Below, piece by piece: positions 29,272-39,438 of a DNA stretch of 64,000 bases. Position numbers and translations under genes: made by a program. The DNA is from Acidobacteriota bacterium (GTDB lineage: Bacteria > Acidobacteriota > UBA890 > WLXD01): positions 1,824,001 through 1,888,000 of the forward strand of contig CBDBHB010000009.1 in the NCBI GenBank assembly GCA_965205505.1. The letters are read 5' to 3'. The notes beneath the pieces were generated by a model. That model searched no databases and was not told where the DNA came from. It saw only the letters and a list, made by a program, of their open reading frames with translations. Each line of letters opens with the position of its first letter. The stretch's first letter is position 1.

Positions 29272-31763
29272 CGGTGCGCTCGTCGGCAAGTGAGCGCGGC
29301 TCCAAGGCGTCGTTGTTCGGGGTTAGCGGGCCGCTCGCCGGGCTGGACGCCACAGTACGACGGTGTTTGCTGGAGCGAGCGGGGGGCCGTGACGAGGAGA
29401 TCGTCGACGCTGTGCGCAACATCATCGCTGAAGTGCGGCGCGATGGAGACGAGGCTCTGAGGCGTCTGGCGCGACAATTCGATGGCGTGCAGTTGGAGCA
29501 GTTGGAGGTCGTACCTGCTGCCTGGAACCAGGCGCTGGAAGACCTCTCTGCCGACGCACGCGCCGCGCTGGAGCGCGCCTCCGAGGCAATCACAACGGTG
29601 CACGAGGCACAGCGCCCACGGCCGAGTGTTGTCGAGCCGCAAGTAGGCGTTCGGGTCGAGCGCCGCCCGGCACCGCTTCGACGCGTCGGTGCTTATGCTC
29701 CGGGCGGTCGGGCCGCCTACCCGAGCAGTGTCCTGATGTGCGTGATCCCGGCCCGCGTGGCGGGAGTCGACGAGATCATCGTGTGCTCGCCGCCGCGTTC
29801 TGATGGTACGCCGTCATCCGCCGTGCTCGCCGCCAGCCGGATTGCCGGTGCGGATCGGCTGTTCGCCGTCGGCGGCGCTGGAGCGGTCGCCGCGATGGCG
29901 CTGGGAACCGAAACCATTGCGCTGGTCGACAAGATCGTCGGACCGGGCAACGCCTGGGTCGAGGAAGCCAAGATGCAACTCGGAGCCGAGGTTGCGATTG
30001 ACTGTCCGGCCGGCCCTTCCGAACTGCTGGTGATTGCGGACGGCGATGCCGACCCCGGCCTGGTGGCCGCAGAGGTGCTGGCACAAGCGGAGCACGATCC
30101 ACGCGCGGCTGTGTGTGTGATGACCGACGACCGTGGTCTCGCAGAGGAGATCGACCAGGCCGTGACCGAAATGTCGAGTCGGATGGCGGCCGCGACGCGG
30201 GCCACGATCGAGGAGTCAGTGCTGGCGCGCGGCGCGCTGCTACTAGTGGGCTCGATGGAGGAGGCACGCGAATTCGCTGACGCGTACGCGCCCGAGCACT
30301 TGCTTGCCGTGGGTCGGCAGGCGGAGGAGGTTGCCGAACGCGTGCGCTATGTGGGTGCGGTGTTCCTCGGGGCGCACAGCTCGGTCACCTTCGGCGATTA
30401 CGCAAGCGGCTCGAACCACGTGTTGCCGACAGGCGGGCGTGCCCGCGCCTATTCGGGCCTGTCAACCGATGCCTTCATGCGCTGGACGAGCTTCCAACGC
30501 ATCGACAGTGCGGCCTCTGCGGCTCTCGCCACCACCGTGCGTACCCTGGCCGATCTCGAGGGTTTGCCGGCGCACGCCGCCGCCGCTGCGCGGCAAGGAG
30601 CGCCCGCCGCGCCGGCTCGAGGACCAGAGCGTGCCCAGCCTGCGTTCGAACCGGAGGACAAGCTCTGCCGGCCCGGGCACGCGCTCGATACCACCGAGGG
30701 CGTTCCTCAGGCTCGCGCCAACATACGACGGTTGCCGCTTTATGCCCCTGGGCGTCGAGACGCGGAGGTGGAGTTGAGCGACAACACCAGCCTGTTCGGG
30801 CTGGCACCCGCCGTGCGCGCCGGCCTTGCCGAGGTCGATGACGAGACGCTGTTGCGCTATCCAAGCGTGTACGGCGACGGACTCAAGCGGGCCCTAGCGG
30901 AGGAGCTCCGGGTGGGCGAGGAGTGCGTTGCTACCGGCTGCGGATCCGATGATCTACTGGATGCCGCGCTACGTGCCTTCGTCGAGCCCGGCGGCACCCT
31001 GGCTCACAGCGAGCCGACCTTCTCGATGATCGCCGCCTTCGCAGACGTCAACGACATTCGCCGCATCCGAGTGCCGACCGGCGCTGATTTACAACCCGAC
31101 CTCGAGGCGCTCGCGGTGCTGCACGCGCCGGCCACCTATTTGTGCCGCCCGGAGAATCCCGCCGGTGTACTCGCCAACCGCGAGGCGACGCAGCGCCTCG
31201 CTTCCCGACTTGCCGGAGTCATGTTGCTCGATGAGGCTTACATCGACTTTGCGCCCGAGCCTTCACTCGCACCTTGGGCAGCGACATCGCGCAATACCGT
31301 GGTGCTTCGAACGTTCTCGAAGATCGCCGGGTTGGCGGGGCTGCGCGCCGGCTACGCAGTGGGTCCACCGCAATTGGTGGCCGAGATCGAGCGAGCGCGA
31401 GGCCCCTACAAGCTCAACGCGCTGGCTGAGCGGTTGGCCATTCTCACGTTGCGCGCCGACGCCGAATGGCGGCGCGACATCGTGAGCCGCGTCTCGCGGC
31501 GCCGCGAGGCCCTGAGCGGCGAGCTCGAGGCACGAGGAATGCGCGTGTGGCCATCGTCTGCCAACTTCGTCCTGGCAGGCGTACCGGAAAGCGTCGACAA
31601 TGCTGTCGCGCTCGAGACGGCGCTGCGTGTTCGAGGCGTCGGCGTGCGCCCGTTTCCTGCACTTGCCGTTGGCCACTGTGTGCGCATTACCATCGGCCCG
31701 TCCGACCTCATGAAGCGGCTTCTAGACGCGATCGATGCCGTTCTCGAGGAGGTCGAGCGGTGA
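29268..31763 (+). CDS. hisD: Fused histidinol dehydrogenase + histidinol-phosphate aminotransferase (HisD-HisC)
   Basis: HisD: YAPGGRAAYPSSVLM, DKIVGPGN, AGPSE, QAEHD, APEHL, GDYASGSNHVLPT. HisC: GSDDLL, DEAYIDF, RTFSKIAGLAGLRAGY, SANFVL. One 831-aa frame. Confidence 0.9.
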   Translation: MTVRSSASERGSKASLFGVSGPLAGLDATVRRCLLERAGGRDEEIVDAVRNIIAEVRRDGDEALRRLARQFDGVQLEQLEVVPAAWNQALEDLSADARAALERASEAITTVHEAQRPRPSVVEPQVGVRVERRPAPLRRVGAYAPGGRAAYPSSVLMCVIPARVAGVDEIIVCSPPRSDGTPSSAVLAASRIAGADRLFAVGGAGAVAAMALGTETIALVDKIVGPGNAWVEEAKMQLGAEVAIDCPAGPSELLVIADGDADPGLVAAEVLAQAEHDPRAAVCVMTDDRGLAEEIDQAVTEMSSRMAAATRATIEESVLARGALLLVGSMEEAREFADAYAPEHLLAVGRQAEEVAERVRYVGAVFLGAHSSVTFGDYASGSNHVLPTGGRARAYSGLSTDAFMRWTSFQRIDSAASAALATTVRTLADLEGLPAHAAAAARQGAPAAPARGPERAQPAFEPEDKLCRPGHALDTTEGVPQARANIRRLPLYAPGRRDAEVELSDNTSLFGLAPAVRAGLAEVDDETLLRYPSVYGDGLKRALAEELRVGEECVATGCGSDDLLDAALRAFVEPGGTLAHSEPTFSMIAAFADVNDIRRIRVPTGADLQPDLEALAVLHAPATYLCRPENPAGVLANREATQRLASRLAGVMLLDEAYIDFAPEPSLAPWAATSRNTVVLRTFSKIAGLAGLRAGYAVGPPQLVAEIERARGPYKLNALAERLAILTLRADAEWRRDIVSRVSRRREALSGELEARGMRVWPSSANFVLAGVPESVDNAVALETALRVRGVGVRPFPALAVGHCVRITIGPSDLMKRLLDAIDAVLEEVER

Positions 31764-32407
31764 GGGTTGCGCTACTGGACTTCGGCGTCGGTAACCTGCA
31801 CTCGCTCGGTAAGGCGCTGCAAGCCGGCGGAGCCGACGTGACGGTGTACACGGACGCCGCCGCGGCCTTACGGGAATCGGCGCTGGTGCTGCCGGGCGTC
31901 GGAGCCTTCGGCGCCGCCGCCGAGCGGCTCGGGGAGTCAGTTCACAGTATCCGGGAACGGCTGATTGATGGGCACCCTTGCCTGGGCATTTGCCTCGGCA
32001 TGCAGTTGCTCTACGACAGCAGCGAGGAGGCCGCCGGAGCTGGAATAGGCCTGCTGCCCGGGCGCGTACGCCGTTTGCGGGTGCTGCGTGCGCCGCAGAT
32101 GGGCTGGAACAGCATTGCGCTCGATGCGGAGTTGGGCGGTGAGTCCGCGGCTCCGGCAACAACGAATGCAGATGACCCACTCCTCGTCGGCGTCGATTCA
32201 CCTGTTGTGTACTACGCCAACCGGTACGTTGTGCCGCCGCCGACGGGCGGCCAGGTGATTGCCTGGTCGGACTACGCGGGCGACCGGTTTCCCGCAGTGG
32301 TGCGTGTCGCCAACACCTGGGGTACGCAGTTTCATCCGGAGAAGAGCGCCGCGGCCGGACTGCGTATGCTCCGCAACTTCATTGCGGCGGTGCGGGGGTT
32401 GCGATGA
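31760..32407 (+). CDS. hisH: Imidazole glycerol phosphate synthase glutaminase subunit
   Basis: GTG start overlapping the upstream stop; DFGVGNLHS, LPGVGAF, GICLGMQ, QFHPEKS. Confidence 0.95.
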   Translation: MRVALLDFGVGNLHSLGKALQAGGADVTVYTDAAAALRESALVLPGVGAFGAAAERLGESVHSIRERLIDGHPCLGICLGMQLLYDSSEEAAGAGIGLLPGRVRRLRVLRAPQMGWNSIALDAELGGESAAPATTNADDPLLVGVDSPVVYYANRYVVPPPTGGQVIAWSDYAGDRFPAVVRVANTWGTQFHPEKSAAAGLRMLRNFIAAVRGLR

Positions 32408-33114
32408 TCGTGCACGCGGCGATCGATCTGCTCGACGGTGAGGTCGTGCAGCTGGTGCAGGGCGATCCGGGACGCGAGCGTCTGCGCTTGCCCGACCCTG
32501 CTCAGGTGGCGGCGGATTGGATGGCCGCCGGGGCACCGGCGCTGCATGTCGTCGATCTCGATGCCGCGTTGGGGCGAGGAAGTAACGGCGCTGTCCTCGA
32601 AGCCCTTCTTGGAGTCGCCCAGGTGCCCATGCAGGTGGGCGGCGGTATCCGCAACGGCGGCGACGTGGAACGTTGGAAACGGGCCGGCGCGGCGCGTGTC
32701 GTGGTCGGCACGCGGGCCGTCCGCGATCCAACCTGGCTGGCCGGGCTGGTGGCAAATCATCCGGATTTCGTCGTGCTGGCGGCAGACGTGCGCGCCGGGT
32801 CGGTGGTCGTCGACGGGTGGCAATGCGACACGCGGACTGCGCCTGCCAGCCTCCTGAAGGCATGCGACGAGCTCGCCCTGGCGGCGGTGCTGGTTACCGA
32901 CGTGAGCCGTGAGGGGACTCTGTCCGGAGTCGATACGGCGCTCTTCAGCACCTTGGTCGCGGAGACTCGTCACCCGCTGATTGCCGCCGGCAGCATCACC
33001 ACCATCGAAGATCTGGCACACCTGCAGGAGGCGGGTGTTGCCGAGGCCGTTGTCGGCACTTCCCTCTACACCGGCGCTATCAGCGTCGAGCAGCTGCGCG
33101 GAGCCTACTGGTAA
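32404..33114 (+). CDS. hisA: ProFAR isomerase
   Basis: AIDLLDGEVVQLVQG, LHVVDLDAA, QVGGGIR, TDVSREGTLSG. Confidence 0.95.
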   Translation: MIVHAAIDLLDGEVVQLVQGDPGRERLRLPDPAQVAADWMAAGAPALHVVDLDAALGRGSNGAVLEALLGVAQVPMQVGGGIRNGGDVERWKRAGAARVVVGTRAVRDPTWLAGLVANHPDFVVLAADVRAGSVVVDGWQCDTRTAPASLLKACDELALAAVLVTDVSREGTLSGVDTALFSTLVAETRHPLIAAGSITTIEDLAHLQEAGVAEAVVGTSLYTGAISVEQLRGAYW

Positions 33115-33683
33115 TGACGACGATCACACGCAAGACAAATGAGACCGACATCGAGCTGGCGCTGGGTCTGTACGCCAGCTCCGTCGAAGATGATGTGGGG
33201 AACGACAAGCGGCCCGGCATACGGACCGGCAGCGACTTCCTGACCCATATGCTCGAAACGTTGTCCCGCTATGCTGGCATTGACTTGGCGGTGACGGCCA
33301 CCGGCGATCTCGAGCACCATCTGGTTGAGGATGTGGCCATCACGCTCGGCCTGGCCTTTGCTGCAGCGCAGCCCGACACCTGCCGCCGCTACGGAGAGGC
33401 GACAGTGCCCATGGATGACGCGTTGGTGCAGGCGGCCGTCGACGTCGGCGGCCGCCACTTTTACGACGGGCCTTTGCCCGACCGTCACTACGAACACTTC
33501 ATGCGCTCGCTGTCGGACAACGCTCGCTGGACGCTGCACTTACGGGTGCTTCGTGGCAGCGACAGGCACCATGTGGTCGAGGCTGCCTTCAAGGCGCTGG
33601 GATTGGCGCTGCGAAGCGCTCTCGTTGATCAGGGTGTGGTGTTCAGCACGAAGGGCGCGGTGGTTGTCGAGGGCGAGACGTGA
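33114..33683 (+). CDS. hisB: Imidazoleglycerol-phosphate dehydratase (monofunctional)
   Basis: RKTNETDI, HHLVED, PMDDAL, HHVVEAAFKA. Confidence 0.95.
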   Translation: MTTITRKTNETDIELALGLYASSVEDDVGNDKRPGIRTGSDFLTHMLETLSRYAGIDLAVTATGDLEHHLVEDVAITLGLAFAAAQPDTCRRYGEATVPMDDALVQAAVDVGGRHFYDGPLPDRHYEHFMRSLSDNARWTLHLRVLRGSDRHHVVEAAFKALGLALRSALVDQGVVFSTKGAVVVEGET

Positions 33684-34492
33684 TGCTCCGCAAGCGCGTC
33701 ATCGTCTGTCTCGATGTGCGGGGCGACCGCGTCGTCAAGGGGACGCGCTTTCGTGAGCTGCGCGAGGTCGGCGATCCGGTGCAGCTGGCAGAGCGCTATC
33801 AGCAGCAGGGGGCCGACGAGATCATTTTCCTGGATGTGTCGGCCTCGGTGCAGGAACGCGGCATCGTGTTCGATGTGGTACGGCAAACCGCCGAGCGACT
33901 CTTCATCCCGCTGACTGTGGGCGGCGGAATCCGCAGCGTCGACGACGTCGGGCGGCTGTTGCGCAGCGGCGCCGACAAGGTCTCGGTCAACTCCGCCGCG
34001 GTTCACGATCCACCGCTGCTGACCGCCGCCGCCGCCAAGTTCGGAGCGCAGTGCATTGTCGCGAGCATCGACGCCAGCGTGGGTTCGCCCAGCGGCGATG
34101 TCTCTGAGGCGCAGGAACGCGGCCCGACGAATGGTGACGGCGCCGCCGCTGCGACCGTCTACACTCACGGCGGACGCCGGGCCACCGGGCTCGTTGCAAC
34201 AGAGTGGGCCGAGCGCTGCGCTGAGCTTGGTGCCGGCGAGATTCTCATAACGAGCATCGATCACGACGGCGTGCGTACAGGCTTCGACGTGGGGCTCACG
34301 CGTGCCATCCGACAGGCCGTCGACGTTCCGGTGATCGCCAGCGGCGGTGCTGGTGGGCCGCAACACTTCGTCGACGTGTTCCAGCAAGTCGACGTCGAGG
34401 CGGCACTCGCCGCCGGCATATTTCACAGTGGAGCCGTCAGCGTCCACGAGGTAAAGGCCGCGCTGCGGCTCGAGGGGATCGAGGTTCGCTAG
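33683..34492 (+). CDS. hisF: Imidazole glycerol phosphate synthase cyclase subunit
   Basis: KRVIVCLDV, VVKG, GADEIIFLD, IPLTVGGGIR, VIASGGAG. Confidence 0.96.
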   Translation: MLRKRVIVCLDVRGDRVVKGTRFRELREVGDPVQLAERYQQQGADEIIFLDVSASVQERGIVFDVVRQTAERLFIPLTVGGGIRSVDDVGRLLRSGADKVSVNSAAVHDPPLLTAAAAKFGAQCIVASIDASVGSPSGDVSEAQERGPTNGDGAAAATVYTHGGRRATGLVATEWAERCAELGAGEILITSIDHDGVRTGFDVGLTRAIRQAVDVPVIASGGAGGPQHFVDVFQQVDVEAALAAGIFHSGAVSVHEVKAALRLEGIEVR

Positions 34493-34522
34493 CGTCCTGA
34501 TTCAGGACACCAGGAGAACGCC

Positions 34523-35131
34523 ATGCAGATACGCGCCGTGGAACAGGTCGCCGCGATCGATTTCGACAAGGGAGCAGGCCTGGTTCCCGTGGTCGTACAG
34601 GACGCCTGGACCGGGACGTTGCTGATGCTCGCCTATGCGGATCGCGAAGCGGTGGAGCGCACGCTGACCAGCGGCCAGATGCACTTCCACTCCCGATCGC
34701 GGCAGGAGCTGTGGCACAAGGGTGCCACCAGCGGCAACGTCCAGGAGCTCGTGAGCCTCCACGCCGATTGTGATGCCGACGCCTTGCTGGCTCGGGTGCG
34801 GCCGGCCGGGCCTGCCTGCCACACCGGGGAGCGCGGCTGCTTCGATGGCGCCCCCACGCTGGTCGAGCTCGACGATGTGATCGCCGATCGCGCCCAGTCG
34901 CGGACGGCGGATAGCTACACTGCCAGGCTGCTCGCGGACCCGAACGTGGCCGGCAAGAAGCTCGGCGAGGAATCGGTCGAGTTGGCCGTGGCGATCAGCC
35001 GGGGCCGCCGCGCGGAGATCGTCGGCGAAGCGGCCGACCTGCTCTACCACGCACTGGTGGCATGCCGCGGGGCCGGCGTCACGCTCGGAGAAGTGCTCGC
35101 CGAGCTGGCGCGGCGGCGAGCGTCGAATTGA
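34523..35131 (+). CDS. hisIE: Bifunctional phosphoribosyl-AMP cyclohydrolase / phosphoribosyl-ATP pyrophosphatase
   Basis: [25 protein letters not shown]...[16 protein letters not shown]. Confidence 0.95.
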   Translation: MQIRAVEQVAAIDFDKGAGLVPVVVQDAWTGTLLMLAYADREAVERTLTSGQMHFHSRSRQELWHKGATSGNVQELVSLHADCDADALLARVRPAGPACHTGERGCFDGAPTLVELDDVIADRAQSRTADSYTARLLADPNVAGKKLGEESVELAVAISRGRRAEIVGEAADLLYHALVACRGAGVTLGEVLAELARRRASN

Positions 35132-35177
35132 GCGACGGTTCCGGGCACGGGCCCGCGGCCGAACGGTAGGGGCATGC

Positions 35178-35745
35178 ATGACACACGAGGACGAATACCA
35201 CGACTCTATGATCGCCATGTTGGAGCTGATCTGGGGTGAGGGCTTCATGGCTCCGGGCGGTACGGGAAACCTGACGAACCTGATCGGCGGTCTGGAGATC
35301 CGTGACAAGCGTGTGCTCGATTTCGGATGCGGCATCGGCGGCCCGGCGATGCACATGGTCGAGCGTTACGGCGCTGCGACTCGGCGGAACATTCACCTGC
35401 TACGACTGGATGAAGCCACCAGGAGACTACAGCGAGGACATGTTGCGCTGGATCGAGCTCGAAGAACTCACCTACGCGATGCAAACGCCGCAGCATCATG
35501 CCGAGCTATTACGTGAGGTCGGGTTCGTCAACGTCGCGATCGATGATGGCTCGGAATGGTACCGGCGCGAGGCGCAGGCCGAGTACGGAAGGGTACGTAC
35601 CGACCTTTACCCGGAGATGGTTGCGCTAATGGGCGCTGACCAGGCCGACCATTTCGTGGAGGCCTGGCGGGCATTGACGGTGGTATGCGAAAAAGGCGAG
35701 ATGCTGCAGGTGTACTGTCGGGGAACGAAGCCGACCGACTGCTAG
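35178..35745 (+). pseudogene. SAM-dependent N-methyltransferase with an internal deletion and frame change
   Basis: LELIWGEGFMAPGG and VLDFGCGIGG in one frame jump near 35375 to GGTFTCYDW in another; the central motifs are missing. Confidence 0.78.
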
Positions 35746-35754
35746 GATCTCCGC

Positions 35755-36363
35755 ATGGCAGTCGACCCGGGGGAGACAGAGCTGGCGGTAGAGGCGGCGC
35801 CCAGCGTCGGCGAGAACGAGCCTGATCTCCAAGACAGCAATCGCCTGGACGCAGATTCTCAGGACACTGTCATCGACGGCCGCCAGTATCCACTGCACCC
35901 CAAGTCGGTCGTCGTGGCCCAGCTCACTGCCGCGATCTGGGCGACATCGGTTGGCACGATGCTGTTGATTGCCGTGCTCGTGGCTGTCTTGGCGACCGCG
36001 CTGAGCGGGGTAGTCAAACTGGTGATCCTGGCCAGTTGGGTGGTGCTCGCGGCACTTGCCGGGGTGCTGTGCTATCGCTGGCCGCGCATCCGCTACGAAC
36101 ACATTAAGTACCGCGTCGACGATAACGGCTTTACCGTTTACCGCGGAGTGCTCTGGCGTTCGGTCACGTCGGTGCCAAAGGCACGCGTGCAGCATACCGA
36201 CGTGTCGCAGGGACCGCTGCAACGCGGCTATGGCCTTGCCAGCCTGGTCATCCACACGGCTGGTACGCAGGACTCTTCGGTAACTCTTCGGGGTCTGCCG
36301 CACGAGGCGGCGATGCATATCCGCGACTACCTGATCGATGGCAGCGATCGAATTGCAGTCTGA
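35755..36363 (+). CDS. bPH_2 domain membrane protein (YdbS-like)
   Basis: Two TM segments then RGVLWRSVTSVPKARVQHTDVSQGPLQRGYGLA. Confidence 0.88.
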   Translation: MAVDPGETELAVEAAPSVGENEPDLQDSNRLDADSQDTVIDGRQYPLHPKSVVVAQLTAAIWATSVGTMLLIAVLVAVLATALSGVVKLVILASWVVLAALAGVLCYRWPRIRYEHIKYRVDDNGFTVYRGVLWRSVTSVPKARVQHTDVSQGPLQRGYGLASLVIHTAGTQDSSVTLRGLPHEAAMHIRDYLIDGSDRIAV

Positions 36364-37948
36364 GGATCGTTCAGGCGACCTGGATCTCGGCACTCCGCCT
36401 GGCAGAGGGGCGACCTGGGTTGATCGGCGGCTTCACCCGCTGTCGTGGCTGTTCGCGACCGCCAACTTTGCCAAGGGCTTCATCGTGCCCGCCATCCTGG
36501 TGCTGTTCGCCTCGGGCGGTATGAACTACGAGCTGTGGGCGGCGGTGCTCATCGTGCCGCTGGCGGTCAGAGCGGTCGTCCATTACATCGTCTTCCGCTA
36601 CGGGTTTGCCGACGACGAGATCGTGGTGCGCGAGGGGGTGTTGACCAAGACGGAGCGCCACATCCCCTATGCCCGCATCCAGAACATCGACCTGGTGCAG
36701 AACCCGTTCCATCGTTTGCTTAATGTGGCCCTCGTGCGGGTCGAGACTGCCAGCGGCGGTAGGCTCGAGGCGGTGATCCGGGTGCTGTCGCTGGAAGCCG
36801 TGGAAGAGATGCGCCGGCGCGTATTCGGAGCGCGAGACGAAGTTGGTGACGTGGCATATGTGGGGCGCGAGAGTGCCGCAGCACCGTCCGACCAGACCGC
36901 CGTGGCGCGCCGCCGTGCGCTGCTCCAGACCCCGGCGCTCGAGCTCGTCAAGCTCGGTGTCATTTCCAACAAAGGCGTGGTGGTCGTCGGGGCTGCTGTC
37001 GGGCTGCTCTGGCAGCAGGAAGGCTGGTGGGAGCTCGATTGGACACACGGAGTGGAACGCTGGATCGGATCGTCGCGCGCCTGGTTGGAGACCGCGTCGG
37101 ACAGTCCGGTGCTAGTCGTAGCTTTCGTCGGCCTGACCATTCTCATGGTCGCGGTCCTCTTGTTGCGCGTGTTCTCGATCGGCTGGTTCTTGTTTCAGCT
37201 GCACGGTTTCACGTTGACGCGTCGCGGTGACGATCTGCGCGCCGAGTACGGCCTGTTCAACCGCGTCTCGCGCACCATACCCAGACCGCGAATTCAGATG
37301 CTGAAGACGATCGAATCCCCGTTACACCGTTGGTTCAACCGCCAGTCGGTCGAGCTGCGGACTGTCGGCGGTGGCGGCGAGGAGGTGGACCTCGAAGATG
37401 GCGGCCCAAAGACCCAGGGTCGCTGGCTGGCTCCGATGATCCCGACCTCGCGAGTGCCGCAGCTGCTGCGCGAGGTGTTACCTCAGGTTGAGCTCGAAGA
37501 GGTGCGGTGGGAGCCGATCGCTCGGCGCGCCTGGCGCCGGGTGTTCAAGCGCTGGGTCGCGCTGGTGACGGTCGTGACGGTGGCCGGTGCGGTGTTCTTC
37601 GATCCCTGGGCGGTGGCATTAGGCGCGGCGGCCGCGATACTCGCCTATGTGCATTCACGTCTGTGGGTGAAGCACGCCGGTTATTCGCTTACTACCTGGG
37701 GGCTGCTGTTCAAGAGCGGTTGGTGGGAACGGACGACGAAGATCGTGCGCTACGGCAAGATCCAGACGGTTGGTAGGGAGGAATCGCCTTTCGACCGGCG
37801 CCACCGGATGGCGTCTGTCCTGGTCGACATCGCCGGGGCCGGGATGATCGGCTACACGATTGTCATACCGTATCTGGAGGCTGCGGTGGCGGCCGACGTG
37901 AGCCGGCGTCTCTACGAGGAATCGAGCCGCCGCGCCTTTCGACTCTGA
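36338..37948 (+). CDS. Multi-bPH_2 domain membrane protein (YdbT-like)
   Basis: RRLHPLS, IPYARIQNIDLVQNPFHRLL and two further PH-like repeats; paired with the YdbS-like gene. Confidence 0.88.
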   Translation: MAAIELQSEDRSGDLDLGTPPGRGATWVDRRLHPLSWLFATANFAKGFIVPAILVLFASGGMNYELWAAVLIVPLAVRAVVHYIVFRYGFADDEIVVREGVLTKTERHIPYARIQNIDLVQNPFHRLLNVALVRVETASGGRLEAVIRVLSLEAVEEMRRRVFGARDEVGDVAYVGRESAAAPSDQTAVARRRALLQTPALELVKLGVISNKGVVVVGAAVGLLWQQEGWWELDWTHGVERWIGSSRAWLETASDSPVLVVAFVGLTILMVAVLLLRVFSIGWFLFQLHGFTLTRRGDDLRAEYGLFNRVSRTIPRPRIQMLKTIESPLHRWFNRQSVELRTVGGGGEEVDLEDGGPKTQGRWLAPMIPTSRVPQLLREVLPQVELEEVRWEPIARRAWRRVFKRWVALVTVVTVAGAVFFDPWAVALGAAAAILAYVHSRLWVKHAGYSLTTWGLLFKSGWWERTTKIVRYGKIQTVGREESPFDRRHRMASVLVDIAGAGMIGYTIVIPYLEAAVAADVSRRLYEESSRRAFRL

Positions 37949-37975
37949 TCCGCAACCTGTCGCCGGGCCCGCCTG

Positions 37976-38047
37976 TGTCAGGCTGCCTTGCATCTGGCCC
38001 CAACTCGCCGTAACCAGACCCACCACACATTCACCACGGCCTGCTAG
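37976..38047. repeat. Family-A MITE end (partial copy)
   Basis: TGTCAGGCTGCCTTGCATCTGGCCCCAACTCGCCGTAACCAGACCCACCACACATTCACCACGGCCTGCTAG, nearly identical to 5909-5980. Confidence 0.9.
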
Positions 38048-39435
38048 GTGATGCCGAGATCCTTGCCGACGGCGATCATTGCTTCGGTAAGCGTATCGAC
38101 ACAGAAGTCGATCTCCTCACGCGTGATGATGAGCGAGGGGGAGAGGACGTTCAGGTGGGCGATGGGACGCACGATGAGTCCGGCCTCCTGGCACTTGCTC
38201 GACACCCGCTTGCCGATATTGACGCTGGCAGGAAACGGCGTTTTTGTGGCCTTGTCCTCGACGCTCTCAACACAAGCCATCAGATGATGGCCGCGCACGT
38301 CGCCCACCGTCGGCAGCTCGAGGAGCTCTCGCAGACGCTCCTGAAGATAGGGACCGGTCTCGCGCACGCGCTCCAGGATGCGCTCGTCTTCCATGATGCG
38401 GATGTTCTCGAGCGCCGCCGCACAGCATACGGGGTGCCCGGAATAGGTAAACCCGTGAGCGAACACGCGGTCGGGGTCCGGACCGTTGATGACCTCGTGA
38501 ATCTCGTCCGAATACAGCAATGCGCCCAGCGGCAGGTAGCCGGAGGTGATGCCCTTGGCGCAGGTGATCAGGTCAGGCTCGATGCCGAACACGTCTTTGG
38601 CCGAGAACCACTGCCCGAGACGACCGAAACCGGTCACGACCTCATCGCTCACGTACAGCACGTCGTGCTCGGTGCACACCTCCCGTGTGCGGCGGTGGTA
38701 GTCGGCTGGCGGCACGATCACGCCTCCCGCACCCATGATGGGCTCGGCGAAGAAGGCGGCGACCTTGTCGGGCCCAAGCTGCTGGATCTGGCCCTCGAGC
38801 TCGTCGATGAGGTGATCACAGAACTCGCTCTCCGACATGCCGTCGGGGGCGCGGTAGCAGTTGGGTGCCGACACGTGGTGGATCGTTTCGGTTTCGTAGT
38901 CGAACTGCGGGATATGGTCGGTCTTCTTGCCACCGATCGACATCGCCATGTACGTCGAACCGTGATAGGAGCCGTCGCGGGAGATGATGTGTCGCTTCTC
39001 GGCCTTGCCGCGCGTGCGCTGATAGAACTGGATGAGTCGGTACGCGGTGTCGATCGCCTGCGAGCCGCCGGTGGTGAAGAAGACGTGGTTCAGGTTTCCG
39101 GGCGCGATCTCGGCCAGTTTCGCCGCAAGCTCTGCGGCCGGCACGCTGGTCATGTCGGAGAAGGTGTTGGAGTAAGCCAGCCGCTCGACCTGATCTGCGA
39201 TGGCGGTGGCCATTTCCTTGCGGCCAAGTCCGATGTTGTTGCACCACAGCCCGCCGTTGGCGTCCAGGTAGCGCCGGCTGTCCGTATCGAAGATGTAGCA
39301 GCCCTCGCCGCGCGCGATGGCCAGCGAGCCCTCGTCACGAAACGAATCGAAATGGGTCCAGGGATGCAATACGTGGTCGCGATCCTTACGCCAGATGTCT
39401 TTGGCGTTGAGCACGTCCTTATCAATCGTCGCCAT
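38044..39435 (-). CDS. Class III aminotransferase (polyamine / omega-amino acid type)
   Basis: YLDANGGLWC, SYHGST, AEPIMGAGG, DEVVTGFGR, AKGITSGYLPLG, HGFTYSGHP. Confidence 0.93.
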   Translation of the reverse strand: MATIDKDVLNAKDIWRKDRDHVLHPWTHFDSFRDEGSLAIARGEGCYIFDTDSRRYLDANGGLWCNNIGLGRKEMATAIADQVERLAYSNTFSDMTSVPAAELAAKLAEIAPGNLNHVFFTTGGSQAIDTAYRLIQFYQRTRGKAEKRHIISRDGSYHGSTYMAMSIGGKKTDHIPQFDYETETIHHVSAPNCYRAPDGMSESEFCDHLIDELEGQIQQLGPDKVAAFFAEPIMGAGGVIVPPADYHRRTREVCTEHDVLYVSDEVVTGFGRLGQWFSAKDVFGIEPDLITCAKGITSGYLPLGALLYSDEIHEVINGPDPDRVFAHGFTYSGHPVCCAAALENIRIMEDERILERVRETGPYLQERLRELLELPTVGDVRGHHLMACVESVEDKATKTPFPASVNIGKRVSSKCQEAGLIVRPIAHLNVLSPSLIITREEIDFCVDTLTEAMIAVGKDLGIT

Positions 39436-39438
39436 CGT

